Program-made: the position numbers and the translations under genes
The notes under the pieces: generated by a model
The model's input: the letters and a program-made list of their open reading frames with translations, nothing else
Databases searched by the model: none
What the model was told of the DNA's origin: nothing
Part shown: positions 21,892 through 32,022 of the stretch, piece after piece
Layout: the number at the start of each line of letters is the position of its first letter
How positions within the stretch are numbered: the stretch's first letter is position 1
Virus record (IMG/VR): IMGVR_UViG_3300042888_001738
Coordinates: 65,812 to 129,811 of that record
DNA length: 64,000 bases
Origin: a virus
Strand: one strand, 5' to 3'

Positions 21892-22797
21892 ATGGCAACA
21901 GGTAATTACGGAACTATAAGACCATCAGATGTTAGTCCTGAAGACGTTGAAATCGTTATGGTTTATACTGAATCAAGAGACGATACTCAAAACTTCACAT
22001 TAACAACCCTGAATGCTCAAGATGTGTTGAGACCATACTTCAATAATGCAGAGACAGGAGGAAGTAATGTCGAGATATTAGGTGGTTTATACAACCTAAA
22101 ACTTCCTGCGGACCAATTCAATAGATTAGGTATATATACGTTAATGATTAGACCAGCACAAATCAGAACAACAATTACTGATTGTGGTGTGTTATCAGCA
22201 TTACCCAATGTGAAAGGTCTTGTGATAGACCTTAATAATGTACCTGTTGAATATCGAAACAAATTCGTTAATCAAGGTTTAGTTGGTTTTAGAGTTGAGT
22301 ATTTAAATCCTGATGGGACAAAAATACCTAATTTCTTTAGAATCATTACCTCATCGTTCTATTGTGAACCTGTGGTGCAAAACCTTACAAACACAATCCA
22401 AAAATCTATTAGATATGCTTATGTTGAAGGTGCGACTAATTTATTATTCTGTACTTTATCACCTTCGTCATCACCAACAAACAAACCAAGTGCAACACCA
22501 TTTATAGGTCAACCAAATCAAAGTATTATTATCTCAAATACGTACTTTAATCCTATAAGTACTGAAATTGAGATCGTAGATCAAGACATCTCAACACTTG
22601 CGATTGCTCTTTACGGTAATCAAACTAAATCTATCGAAGACGGTATTTACACTATTTACGATTCTGACAATAATATCTACAAACAATACAACTTGTATGA
22701 AATTAAAGACCAGTTCAATACACTTCTTTATGAAGTTAGACAAGATCGTGGTGATAACATCGACTTTTCTAAAGCATTTAACAATATTACAGCTTAA
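21892..22797 (+). CDS. putative baseplate/structural protein (301 aa)
   Basis: TATTTAT at 21863-21869; coupled to the gp7-like gene. Confidence 0.7.
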   Translation: MATGNYGTIRPSDVSPEDVEIVMVYTESRDDTQNFTLTTLNAQDVLRPYFNNAETGGSNVEILGGLYNLKLPADQFNRLGIYTLMIRPAQIRTTITDCGVLSALPNVKGLVIDLNNVPVEYRNKFVNQGLVGFRVEYLNPDGTKIPNFFRIITSSFYCEPVVQNLTNTIQKSIRYAYVEGATNLLFCTLSPSSSPTNKPSATPFIGQPNQSIIISNTYFNPISTEIEIVDQDISTLAIALYGNQTKSIEDGIYTIYDSDNNIYKQYNLYEIKDQFNTLLYEVRQDRGDNIDFSKAFNNITA

Positions 22798-25784
22798 TGG
22801 CAACACAGAAATTTACTTGTCCGCCTCAAAGTAGTGCAGCAAATCAATTCTCTAACAATTTAGTTGGGGTACAACTTGTTGCGGGCGGAGGTTTGACACA
22901 AGCAAATTTCAACTTCACTACAAACATAACGGAAAAACAAAATAGAACTTTTACGATAGGTGCATTTTCAGACCCTATCAATTTGGAGTCTATTAATATT
23001 GAAACAAATGTTGAAGCTGCTGAAATTTTAGCGGCGAACTACCGAGTTTATCCTAACTACGACTTAAGTCAGGTTACTAACTTTACTCAATACGGATCCT
23101 TAGTAAAAAGGTTCTCAACCTCTATTACGAAGATCATTAATTTTTTCCCTGCCGGTTTAGAGGTACCACCTCAGACTGACAAATTTATTAATCAAGAAAC
23201 CGCATTTAATATTATATACGATTCGGTGGAAGATGACACAACGTTGGAAATACACCTTTCCTCAATAAGAAACCCATTTGAAATTGATTTTTCACAAAAC
23301 GCAGAAATCAATATGATGTATAATGAGAATCAGGTTTCGTCTTTGAGAAATATGAAGTTAGAGTATAAGAAATATGTTCTTTTTATTAATGGGCAACAAT
23401 ACCCACTTAACTATCTATACCCAACCAATAGTGATTCGACAAGTCTTAAAATAATTGTAGATGGAAACCCATTCAGTGGTAATCAAATATCATATGATTA
23501 CTTAGTAATTAGACCAAACGATTTCGAAGTGAATAAAGTATTCAATTTGAACTTCGACCCCGTTGAAAATTTCCTACTTAATAGACGAATTACACCTGTA
23601 TACACCGCAAAATTTGTTGTACCAAAAGAATTAGAGGATGGTACGTTTGCGATCTCAAGTGAATACGCAACATTCCCTCAAGCGGGTATTTGGAATTTAG
23701 ATATCGTTACGGTTCGTTTTGATAACTACTTAGTACAAATTAATGACTTCGCTATAAACCTAGATCAGTACAATACGAACTTAATCTCAAGGTTTATGAC
23801 AACAGGTGCGTTAAAAGAGTTCGACACACCAGATCAGAGATTTGAAAAATTATTACAGATATATGGTAGAAGTTTCGATGAAACAAAATCATTTATTTCA
23901 GCGTTAGGTAATATGAATAGTGTTCATTATACCATACAAAATGACATACCATCACAATTATTAAAAAACTTAGCTCAAACATTAGGTTGGGTTACTAATT
24001 TCTCACCAATCTCAAATGAGGAATTATTACAGGCAGTATTCTCAACACAACCAAATACATTTCCAGGTTTACAAATAGGACAGACACCTGAGGAGATTAA
24101 CTATCAATTCTATAGAAACTTAATATTAAATTCTGCTTACCTATTTAAATCAAAGGGTACAAGAAAGTCTATTGAATGTCTTTTGAGAATGGTTGGTGCA
24201 CCTGAAGCATTAATTGACTTTCATGAATATGTCTATGTTGCTGACCAACGAATTAATATGAGAGAATTTGACCAACAATACTTTCAGATTACAGGTGGTA
24301 CCTTGAACCTACAAATTCCGGTATTACAAGGAGATAATACATTCTCAATACAAGGAGTTCAATATACAGGATTTACAACGGTTTCAGTTAACTCAAATGT
24401 ATTAACGGTAAGAGAAGATTACCCTGTAGATGCTTTTGGATGCCCTCAAATGCCAATAGCGACCGAGACTTATTACTTCCAAATAGGGGGCGGTTGGTTC
24501 GAGTCAACTCCACAACATAGAATGCCTGAGTTTGCAGTACCAACTAACTTGGTATTCACAGGTAATAACCCTAACTATCAAACTCAACTATTACCATTTA
24601 ATTATGGTGAAGAATATCTACAAAGATATAGACAATTCCCATACATGAATTTAGGATTTAAGTTGAGAAGAGTTGCCGACAACAAAAAAAGTTGGGTAGA
24701 TACCGATCCATTCTTAAGAACAAGTTTTGATGGTGGATTTAATTCGTATTATGAAGCGGGTGAAGATTGTTTGGTATTGAATGTGAAAAACGTTGACATT
24801 ATGATGAATCCAGCACAAGGATTAGTTTATGATGTTTGGACGATGTCAAGACAATTTAATTTCCCAATTCCTGAACAAGGTTTGTTCTACACACCACCTT
24901 CACCTTGTAATATACCAAACCCATACCCTAAGTTAGGTGGTATAGATTGGACGACAATTGTACCAAAACCAAAACAAAAAACATTCTTTGAGTTTGCTCA
25001 AACATTTTGGAGAAACATGGTTAACACAAGAAACAGACAAACTATCACAGATGGTAAGACTGGAGGTTACCCAACACTCCAATCAATTTATTGGAGATAT
25101 TTAGAATCTCAAAAATTAGCGGGAATTCAAAACGATAACTTCACATATCAAACGATGATTGATTATGTGAATGGAATGGGTAATTATTGGATTAGAATGG
25201 TGGAACAAATGGTTCCGGCAACAACAATATGGAATACAGGTGTTAGATTAGAAAACTCGGTTCTTCACAGACAAAAGTATGTGTGGAGAAGACAAGAAGG
25301 ATGTAAGTTTATTCCGGTACCTTGTAAACCTTGTACTCTATCAACACAGCTGTATGTACTTGATTGTCCTGTACAAGAAGTGATTTGTGGTTTGTATCCT
25401 TGGAATAATGACCCATTGATTACATCTTTTGGTGTTGTATTAAATCAAACATTACAAACATTCTTTAGTCAAAACGGACTGAACTCAACAGTTTGTTCTC
25501 TTAATACCGTTTCATCAACTTGGTATGTTGATATTAGACAGAACGGAGTTTTAATAGAACAATATGGTTTCTTTAATGGTGTTGGACCAAGCCAATTCCC
25601 AACCGACACTCAGTGGGTGGATGCTTTAGGAATAGCTTTAGGTAATTTACTAACATCAGGATATAGTTATAATATTGATGAGGATAGTGAAAATGTAGTC
25701 GTATTTAATAATAATTGTGTGCCTAATTTTGACGACTTCCAAATAAACGTAGGAATAGAATTCGAAATATTTTGTAACCAATAA
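22797..25784 (+). CDS. baseplate wedge protein, gp7/P2 gpI-like
   Basis: LLKNLAQTLGW...YLFKSKGTRKSIECLLRMVG matches the gp7/gpI KGT motif. Confidence 0.7.
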   Translation: MATQKFTCPPQSSAANQFSNNLVGVQLVAGGGLTQANFNFTTNITEKQNRTFTIGAFSDPINLESINIETNVEAAEILAANYRVYPNYDLSQVTNFTQYGSLVKRFSTSITKIINFFPAGLEVPPQTDKFINQETAFNIIYDSVEDDTTLEIHLSSIRNPFEIDFSQNAEINMMYNENQVSSLRNMKLEYKKYVLFINGQQYPLNYLYPTNSDSTSLKIIVDGNPFSGNQISYDYLVIRPNDFEVNKVFNLNFDPVENFLLNRRITPVYTAKFVVPKELEDGTFAISSEYATFPQAGIWNLDIVTVRFDNYLVQINDFAINLDQYNTNLISRFMTTGALKEFDTPDQRFEKLLQIYGRSFDETKSFISALGNMNSVHYTIQNDIPSQLLKNLAQTLGWVTNFSPISNEELLQAVFSTQPNTFPGLQIGQTPEEINYQFYRNLILNSAYLFKSKGTRKSIECLLRMVGAPEALIDFHEYVYVADQRINMREFDQQYFQITGGTLNLQIPVLQGDNTFSIQGVQYTGFTTVSVNSNVLTVREDYPVDAFGCPQMPIATETYYFQIGGGWFESTPQHRMPEFAVPTNLVFTGNNPNYQTQLLPFNYGEEYLQRYRQFPYMNLGFKLRRVADNKKSWVDTDPFLRTSFDGGFNSYYEAGEDCLVLNVKNVDIMMNPAQGLVYDVWTMSRQFNFPIPEQGLFYTPPSPCNIPNPYPKLGGIDWTTIVPKPKQKTFFEFAQTFWRNMVNTRNRQTITDGKTGGYPTLQSIYWRYLESQKLAGIQNDNFTYQTMIDYVNGMGNYWIRMVEQMVPATTIWNTGVRLENSVLHRQKYVWRRQEGCKFIPVPCKPCTLSTQLYVLDCPVQEVICGLYPWNNDPLITSFGVVLNQTLQTFFSQNGLNSTVCSLNTVSSTWYVDIRQNGVLIEQYGFFNGVGPSQFPTDTQWVDALGIALGNLLTSGYSYNIDEDSENVVVFNNNCVPNFDDFQINVGIEFEIFCNQ

Positions 25785-27982
25785 TGATTCAAGTATTTAA
25801 CTTTAATATAACAGGAGATTGTAGTAATACAGGGAGTGGTGCGGTATCGTTTGATATTACTGGAACAACCCCAACAGTCGCACCTTTTAGTATTACAGAT
25901 GCGACAGGTCAAGGGTTATTACCCTTATCTGCAGCAACATTAACATATACGGTTACAGGATTAACAGGTGGAACTTATTACGCAACGATTGCCGATTCAT
26001 CTTCCGAAAAGGTAGTCCAAAACATATACATATCGACGGGTACAACCGCAACAATAGATTCTACAGCACCATCTTGTGGTTTAGATAATGGGGTTATTAC
26101 AGGGTTTACAAGTGCGGTTTATGGAAACTCAACATTTGAATTATATGATGGTGATAATAACTATATTACATCGGCAATAACACCAACGACGTATTATGAA
26201 TTTACAAACCTTTCTGCGGGAACTTATTATATTGTAGCAAACGATGGTGGTGGATGTACCGGTATTACATCATCTGTCATTTTAACAACATCAACAGGAT
26301 TTACATTTGGTGGATATGTTGTTGATGATGCGAGTTGTATTGGTAGTGGTAGTGGTAAAATATTTATCACAGGACTTACACCTCCGGTCTCAGCATATAC
26401 AATAAATTGGAGTTCAAATGTAGGGTCACAAACTGGTACCACAGTAACAGGATTGACGGGAGGTACTTATATCGTCTCAATAGAGAATCCATCGGGATGT
26501 ACAGGATCTCAGTCATTTTTTGTAAATACGGTAGCACCTTTAGAGTCTGCGGGTTTTATAACAATATCACAACCAAGTTGTTTTGCGAATGACGGTGAAG
26601 TTGAGTTCCTAATTGCAAATGGTACCGCTCCTTATTTCTTTAGTGGGTCATCTGGTCAGGTTGAAATAACATTTGATACCTCGGTAACATTTACAGGATT
26701 ATCATCGGGTGCTTATTCATTCTTAGTAACTGATGCTGGTTTATGTACCATTTATGATTCTGTGAGTTTAATAACACCTAATTCATTTAGTACGGTTGCA
26801 ATTAATACGACAAATTCGTTCTGTTCATCAAACGATGGATCTATTCAGGTTTTAGTGGATAATGGGTTGAGTAATGTTAATAACCTCCTAACAACAATTT
26901 CAGGATCAACGGGAATACAACAAAGCGGAACAATAGGAAACCCAAACCAAACATTCAACGGACTACCTAATGGTAATTATTTGGTTACCGTGACTTCAGC
27001 GGGTTGTACATATACCGCAACAACAACCATAAGCTCTACAAATTTATATAGTGCAACAACGGCAGTTACAGGAACTACTTGCGGTAGTAATAACGGCAGA
27101 ATAGAGGTTACAGTTTCAACAGGAGGTACGTTACCCTATCAATTTACTTTGACAGGACCAACAGGACCAAACCCGTCAACTATTAATAATCCTGTTGGTG
27201 TGTTCACCAACCTAAAAGGTGGTAATTATACCTTGACAGTTCAAGATTCGGGATTACCGACATGTGTCCAAAGTTTTACGATTTATGTTGATGTTAGTGA
27301 TCCTGTTTATTTTAATTTATTCCCATCACAACCTTTAAATGGTAATGATGGATCAATTACAAGTTTTATTTATTCAGGAGAACCACCATTTAATTTGATT
27401 TGGAGTGGTGGAAGTATAAATGGTTACACAGGAAGTACAGTCACAGGTTTAACAGCAGACACATATAGTTTAACTTGTACTGATGCTAGTGGTTGTTCAC
27501 TTACAAAATCTGTAATACTAACAGGAACTAAAAAATATGTTGATTATCGATATTATACAATTTGTGAAGAACAATTCTTTGATAGTGGATTGGTGCAGAA
27601 AAAATCAATAAGATCCATGTATTTGGAAGGTTTTAATGATCTTACAAGTGGGGATACAAATTGTATAATTAATTCTGCGGACTTCACAATATATGCCGAG
27701 GTGGGGGGACAATCGGCACAAACCGAGTTCTATACCTCAACAGGTACTACCGATTACCCAAGTGACACGGTTTGGGCTGATGCGATCGTAAATATATTAG
27801 AAGATTTTGTTGGTATTTCTGGTGTTACCGTAGATATCATATCAAATAGAATTACAATAACGGCAGCTTGTGAAGACTTAAAGAAGAATTGTGGTAATCA
27901 ACCCATAAATCCATTACAAGATAGTGAAATAAAAGTTAATTTATTAATTGATTACGACATATCTTGTGTTAGTTGTAGTTAA
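25784..27982 (+). CDS. SprB-repeat (Ig-like) tail appendage protein
   Basis: Several repeats of C..NDG.I....GG..PY.F......GL..G.Y.V.V.D..GC. Confidence 0.75.
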   Translation: MIQVFNFNITGDCSNTGSGAVSFDITGTTPTVAPFSITDATGQGLLPLSAATLTYTVTGLTGGTYYATIADSSSEKVVQNIYISTGTTATIDSTAPSCGLDNGVITGFTSAVYGNSTFELYDGDNNYITSAITPTTYYEFTNLSAGTYYIVANDGGGCTGITSSVILTTSTGFTFGGYVVDDASCIGSGSGKIFITGLTPPVSAYTINWSSNVGSQTGTTVTGLTGGTYIVSIENPSGCTGSQSFFVNTVAPLESAGFITISQPSCFANDGEVEFLIANGTAPYFFSGSSGQVEITFDTSVTFTGLSSGAYSFLVTDAGLCTIYDSVSLITPNSFSTVAINTTNSFCSSNDGSIQVLVDNGLSNVNNLLTTISGSTGIQQSGTIGNPNQTFNGLPNGNYLVTVTSAGCTYTATTTISSTNLYSATTAVTGTTCGSNNGRIEVTVSTGGTLPYQFTLTGPTGPNPSTINNPVGVFTNLKGGNYTLTVQDSGLPTCVQSFTIYVDVSDPVYFNLFPSQPLNGNDGSITSFIYSGEPPFNLIWSGGSINGYTGSTVTGLTADTYSLTCTDASGCSLTKSVILTGTKKYVDYRYYTICEEQFFDSGLVQKKSIRSMYLEGFNDLTSGDTNCIINSADFTIYAEVGGQSAQTEFYTSTGTTDYPSDTVWADAIVNILEDFVGISGVTVDIISNRITITAACEDLKKNCGNQPINPLQDSEIKVNLLIDYDISCVSCS

Positions 27983-27985
27983 TTC

Positions 27986-28282
27986 ATGCCTAATCAAGTA
28001 ACCATATTAAGTGCGGTTGGTATTACACCACCTTTTAGTGGAACTGCCTGTGATGTTTACGGAAACAACTGTGTTTATGTTGGTAGTGGGTCAACATTCC
28101 CAACCACATTTACTTTACCATCACAATTCAATACAGCACCTGCGTTACAATTAACTATTACAGATTCTGCGGGATGTACCCTAAGTGAAACGATTTATTG
28201 TGAAGCCGAAGGTCAACCAAAACAGTTCCAAAATCTTGATTATTTCTTCTTTATGGGAGGAGACCAATATAATTTCCAATAA
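27986..28282 (+). CDS. small structural protein, paralog of 38647..38868
   Basis: MPNQVTI...PF...CD....NCVY...F.LP...TDSAGC aligns by eye with the minus-strand ORF. Confidence 0.7.
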   Translation: MPNQVTILSAVGITPPFSGTACDVYGNNCVYVGSGSTFPTTFTLPSQFNTAPALQLTITDSAGCTLSETIYCEAEGQPKQFQNLDYFFFMGGDQYNFQ

Positions 28283-28302
28283 TACAATATTTATAAGTTG
28301 AT

Positions 28303-30990
28303 ATGGCATTACTAACAGATCAAATATTAGCGACAGGAGTTTCACTTAATGATTTAATACATATTGTTATTACGGGTGATACCTCACAAAATCCTGCCGG
28401 TTCATCGTATAAAGCAACTATTCAACAAGTCGCAACTGCAATTGGTGGTAAAACTGGAACTAGTGGTACTTCGGGTACAAGCGGAACTTCAGGAAATAGT
28501 GGATCTTCAGGGTCTTCAGGTACTAGCGGAATAAATGGTACAAGTGGTACGTCTGGAACAGATGGAACTTCAGGTACAGACGGAACTAGCGGAACAGATG
28601 GAACTTCAGGTACAGACGGAACTAGCGGAACAGATGGATCTTCAGGAACTAGCGGAACTTCGGGTACTAGCGGAACAGATGGAACTAGTGGAACAGACGG
28701 AACTTCAGGATCGAGCGGTTCTTCAGGGACTAGCGGAACAGATGGATCTTCAGGTACTAGCGGAACTTCAGGGACTAGCGGAATAGATGGAACTAGCGGA
28801 ACAGATGGGACTAGCGGAACAGATGGAACTTCAGGAACAAATGGGACTAGCGGAACAGACGGAACTTCAGGAACAAATGGGACTAGCGGAACAGACGGAA
28901 CTTCAGGATCGAGCGGTTCTTCAGGGACTAGCGGAACAGATGGATCTTCAGGTACTAGCGGAACTTCAGGGACTAGCGGAACAGATGGGACTAGCGGAAC
29001 AAATGGGACTTCAGGAACAAATGGGACTAGCGGAACAAATGGGACTAGCGGAACATCTGGTACGGATGGATCTTCAGGGACTAGTGGAACATCTGGATCA
29101 AGTGGTAATCCATTAACGGTATATGACTCATCATCAGGAGTAACAGTAACAAATGTTACTGGAATGACTTTCAGTGGATCATCAGTTGTTGCAAACGGAC
29201 AGAATGTAATTATTACAATGACAGGGTCAACCGGTACATCCGGATCAAGCGGTACTAGCGGAAACTCAGGTTCTTCAGGTTCTTCAGGAACATCTGGATT
29301 AAGCGGTACATCTGGTTCGTCAGGAACTAGCGGTAATAGCGGAAGTTCAGGAACATCAGGATCAAGCGGTTCTTCAGGAACATCAGGATCAAGCGGTTCT
29401 TCAGGAACATCAGGATCAAGCGGTTCTTCAGGAACTTCAGGTTCGAGTGGTACTAGCGGTGCAATCGGAAAAGATGGTAATGATGGATCAAATTCTGGTA
29501 GGTGGATTTACCAATCATCAGCAACAACAACACCATCAATTGCTAACTTCTCAACTGATTCAGACTCCGTTGGTTTTGTATCTAATATTTACATTAACGA
29601 TGAGTCAATAAATACTGTTGACTATACTTCATGGTTAGCCGGTATTGATACAATACAAGCAACAGGAAGACCTGTTTATTTACAAATTACTCAACTTGGT
29701 AATAATAGTATTATTGGTATATGGACCGTAGGTACAATTGGTGTAATCGGTACTGTGTATAGTTTTGGTTCACTTAGTCCTGTTGTAACTAACGGAACTT
29801 TTAGTGTGGGTGCAACATATACAATATCTTGGGTTTACGATGGTGTTAGTGGAAGTTCAGGTAGTTCAGGTACAAGTGGGTCATCAGGATCATCTGGAAC
29901 TAGCGGAACTTCGGTTATTGTACCAGGATCAAACAACGAAATACTCACCTCAAACGGAGCTGGTGGTATTGTTGCGGAAAACTTAGCGACTTTTGATGGT
30001 ACGACTTTAGCTTTAAATAAAAACAGCACGTCACCTAACATTACCTTAACTGATTCTGGATCAACATCTAATGATGTTTATATTAGGTTTTCACCAACAG
30101 CAACAACCGCAACATATGCGGTAGGTATCGATAAGAGTGACGGCAACACATATAAAATTACATATGGGTCGAATGTAACACCAAGTACCGGTAGTGCAAG
30201 ATTAGAAATAACTTCAGGTGGTACAGTAAACATACCAACAAACAGTAACAACACTATATTCAATATAGGAACTGCGGAACAAGTTGGTGTCTATGCGACT
30301 ACAACATCATCAGGGTTTAGATTTTATAATGGTTCCAGTAATATGGATCAATATAGTTCGATCATACAATACGATAATTTTTCCGAATACACGACAAACG
30401 TAGGTAATACAAATAGTGCGGCTATTTCATACTTTACAAATATGGCATTGTCCGGTGAAACAAACTTTGGTTGTAATGCGGGGATTCCTGATATGACTCT
30501 TTTTAACTCGGGATCAACGAGTAACTTCATAATAGGTGGTGCTGGTTTATACGTTAGATATAATTTAAGTGTTGATGGGAAAGTGAGGGTTGGAACTCAA
30601 GGTTCTGGAACTGGAACTGCAAATGTTTATAGAGACCCAACAACAGGTATTTTAGGTCCAATTTCTTCTGACGTTAGATTAAAAACAAATATAACACAAA
30701 TATCGGGAGCAACAGATATTATTTCTAATTTGAGAGGAGTTTACTTTAATTGGGTGAGTAATGAAGATTTTATAATAAGCGATGAATCCAAACAAGTTGG
30801 TTTGATTGCTCAAGAAGTTGATCAGTATTTTCCTGAGGCGGTTACACCTAATGGTGTTAAAGATTATAAATCTGTTAAATATGGTGAAATGGTTTCATTA
30901 CTTATTGAGGGTTTTAAAGAACAGAATGAAGTAATAAAATCTTTACAATCTGAAGTTGAGTTATTGAAACAAAGATTGGATAATCTTTAA
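28303..30990 (+). CDS. tail fibre with Pro-free Gly-X-Y (GTS/GTD/GSS) collagen-like repeats and a C-terminal peptidase S74 intramolecular chaperone
   Basis: Long runs of G-T/S-S/D/N triplets; SSDVRLKTNI...GLIAQEV...VKYGEMVSLLIEGFKE plus a C-terminal coiled coil; TATTTAT at 28288-28294. Confidence 0.85.
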   Translation: MALLTDQILATGVSLNDLIHIVITGDTSQNPAGSSYKATIQQVATAIGGKTGTSGTSGTSGTSGNSGSSGSSGTSGINGTSGTSGTDGTSGTDGTSGTDGTSGTDGTSGTDGSSGTSGTSGTSGTDGTSGTDGTSGSSGSSGTSGTDGSSGTSGTSGTSGIDGTSGTDGTSGTDGTSGTNGTSGTDGTSGTNGTSGTDGTSGSSGSSGTSGTDGSSGTSGTSGTSGTDGTSGTNGTSGTNGTSGTNGTSGTSGTDGSSGTSGTSGSSGNPLTVYDSSSGVTVTNVTGMTFSGSSVVANGQNVIITMTGSTGTSGSSGTSGNSGSSGSSGTSGLSGTSGSSGTSGNSGSSGTSGSSGSSGTSGSSGSSGTSGSSGSSGTSGSSGTSGAIGKDGNDGSNSGRWIYQSSATTTPSIANFSTDSDSVGFVSNIYINDESINTVDYTSWLAGIDTIQATGRPVYLQITQLGNNSIIGIWTVGTIGVIGTVYSFGSLSPVVTNGTFSVGATYTISWVYDGVSGSSGSSGTSGSSGSSGTSGTSVIVPGSNNEILTSNGAGGIVAENLATFDGTTLALNKNSTSPNITLTDSGSTSNDVYIRFSPTATTATYAVGIDKSDGNTYKITYGSNVTPSTGSARLEITSGGTVNIPTNSNNTIFNIGTAEQVGVYATTTSSGFRFYNGSSNMDQYSSIIQYDNFSEYTTNVGNTNSAAISYFTNMALSGETNFGCNAGIPDMTLFNSGSTSNFIIGGAGLYVRYNLSVDGKVRVGTQGSGTGTANVYRDPTTGILGPISSDVRLKTNITQISGATDIISNLRGVYFNWVSNEDFIISDESKQVGLIAQEVDQYFPEAVTPNGVKDYKSVKYGEMVSLLIEGFKEQNEVIKSLQSEVELLKQRLDNL
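28453..29460 (+). repeat. 9-nt-unit tandem coding repeats with higher-order duplications
   Basis: GGAACTAGC/GGAACAGAT/GGAACTTCA units in two blocks; 94-bp exact repeat at 28690-28783 and 28888-28981; 27-nt unit x3 at 29347-29427. Confidence 0.9.
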
Positions 30991-31028
30991 GATTTACAAC
31001 CTCTTTATTTTTAATATTTTTTTTAAAT

Positions 31029-32009
31029 ATGGAGAGCATACTATTCGTCTCAGCACAACCTGACGTACCATACTTTATTTGGCAAATAAAATTATACGTA
31101 CATAATTTTATCGAAAAAGGGATTAACCCCAACCAAATACACGTTGTTTTAGGACTGGTTCAAGGAAATACAAAACCATCTAAAGGAAGTGAACAACTTA
31201 AAGAGTTAGGTATTAACTTACATTACTTTGTGGATGAAAGATATAAGAAACAATATATCCCATCTATTAAACCATACCTCATTTCCAAGTGGATACAATC
31301 AAATCCTGACCACGGTAAGTTATTCTTTCTACATGATGCTGACATCATATTCAAAGACCTTCCAAACTTTAATGAGTTATTAAAAGATGACGTGTGTTAT
31401 CTTTCAGATACCGTAGGATATATAGGACACGATTATATTATGGATTGTTGTAGAAGATACGAAACAAAACACCCTACCTCAGAGAAAGGTCAACTTATAA
31501 GTGAAATGACGAATGTCATTGGTCTTGATGTTGAGACTGTTAAAGTTAATCAAGACAACTCAGGTGGAGGACAATACCTCATCAAAAATTCAAATTGCGA
31601 ATTGTGGGATAAGATTTATAAAGACTCAATCAAACTTTACGATCAAATGTTAGATTACCAAAGAAGGTTCCCAATTAATCCAGGTCAAATACAATTTTGG
31701 ACTGCCGAAATGTGGTCACTACTTTGGAACCTTTGGATGTATGGTTTTGAAACAAAAATAAGTGATGAGTTAAGTTTTTCATGGGCAACAGACGATACTC
31801 AAAAGTACGAAAAACACCCCATTTTACATATGGCAGGAGTTACCGACAATCTCAAATCTACAAAATTTTATAAAGGAGACTATATTAATATGGACCCCAT
31901 ATTGAAAATGAGAGAAAACCCCAACCACTTCGATTATATCGACAAAGAGAGTTCCACAATAAAATATATTGAGAATATGAAATCTTATATTCAAAAATAC
32001 AATATTTGA
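31029..32009 (+). CDS. protein O-glycosyltransferase, peptidyl-serine galactosyltransferase/HPAT-like (GT96/GT95-like, GT-A fold)
   Basis: YFIWQ....HNF, YIPSIKP....KW, LHDADIIF (DxD), WTAEMW and ILH motifs, in the same order as I recall for plant SERGT1/HPAT. Confidence 0.7.
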   Translation: MESILFVSAQPDVPYFIWQIKLYVHNFIEKGINPNQIHVVLGLVQGNTKPSKGSEQLKELGINLHYFVDERYKKQYIPSIKPYLISKWIQSNPDHGKLFFLHDADIIFKDLPNFNELLKDDVCYLSDTVGYIGHDYIMDCCRRYETKHPTSEKGQLISEMTNVIGLDVETVKVNQDNSGGGQYLIKNSNCELWDKIYKDSIKLYDQMLDYQRRFPINPGQIQFWTAEMWSLLWNLWMYGFETKISDELSFSWATDDTQKYEKHPILHMAGVTDNLKSTKFYKGDYINMDPILKMRENPNHFDYIDKESSTIKYIENMKSYIQKYNI

Positions 32010-32022
32010 TTATTTATTGTAA

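Noticed and set aside
28535-29116. Alternative-frame ORFs 28535..28786 and 28787..29116 with periodic MELAEQ/MGLAEQ repeats
   Set aside because: They are by-products of the 9-nt repeat in the fibre gene, are interrupted by a TAG, and have no independent start signals or evident slippery site.
28453-29460. Possible CRISPR array or DGR template/variable repeat pair
   Set aside because: The repeats are in-frame coding units without unique spacers or A-specific mismatches, and no cas or reverse transcriptase gene is in the window.
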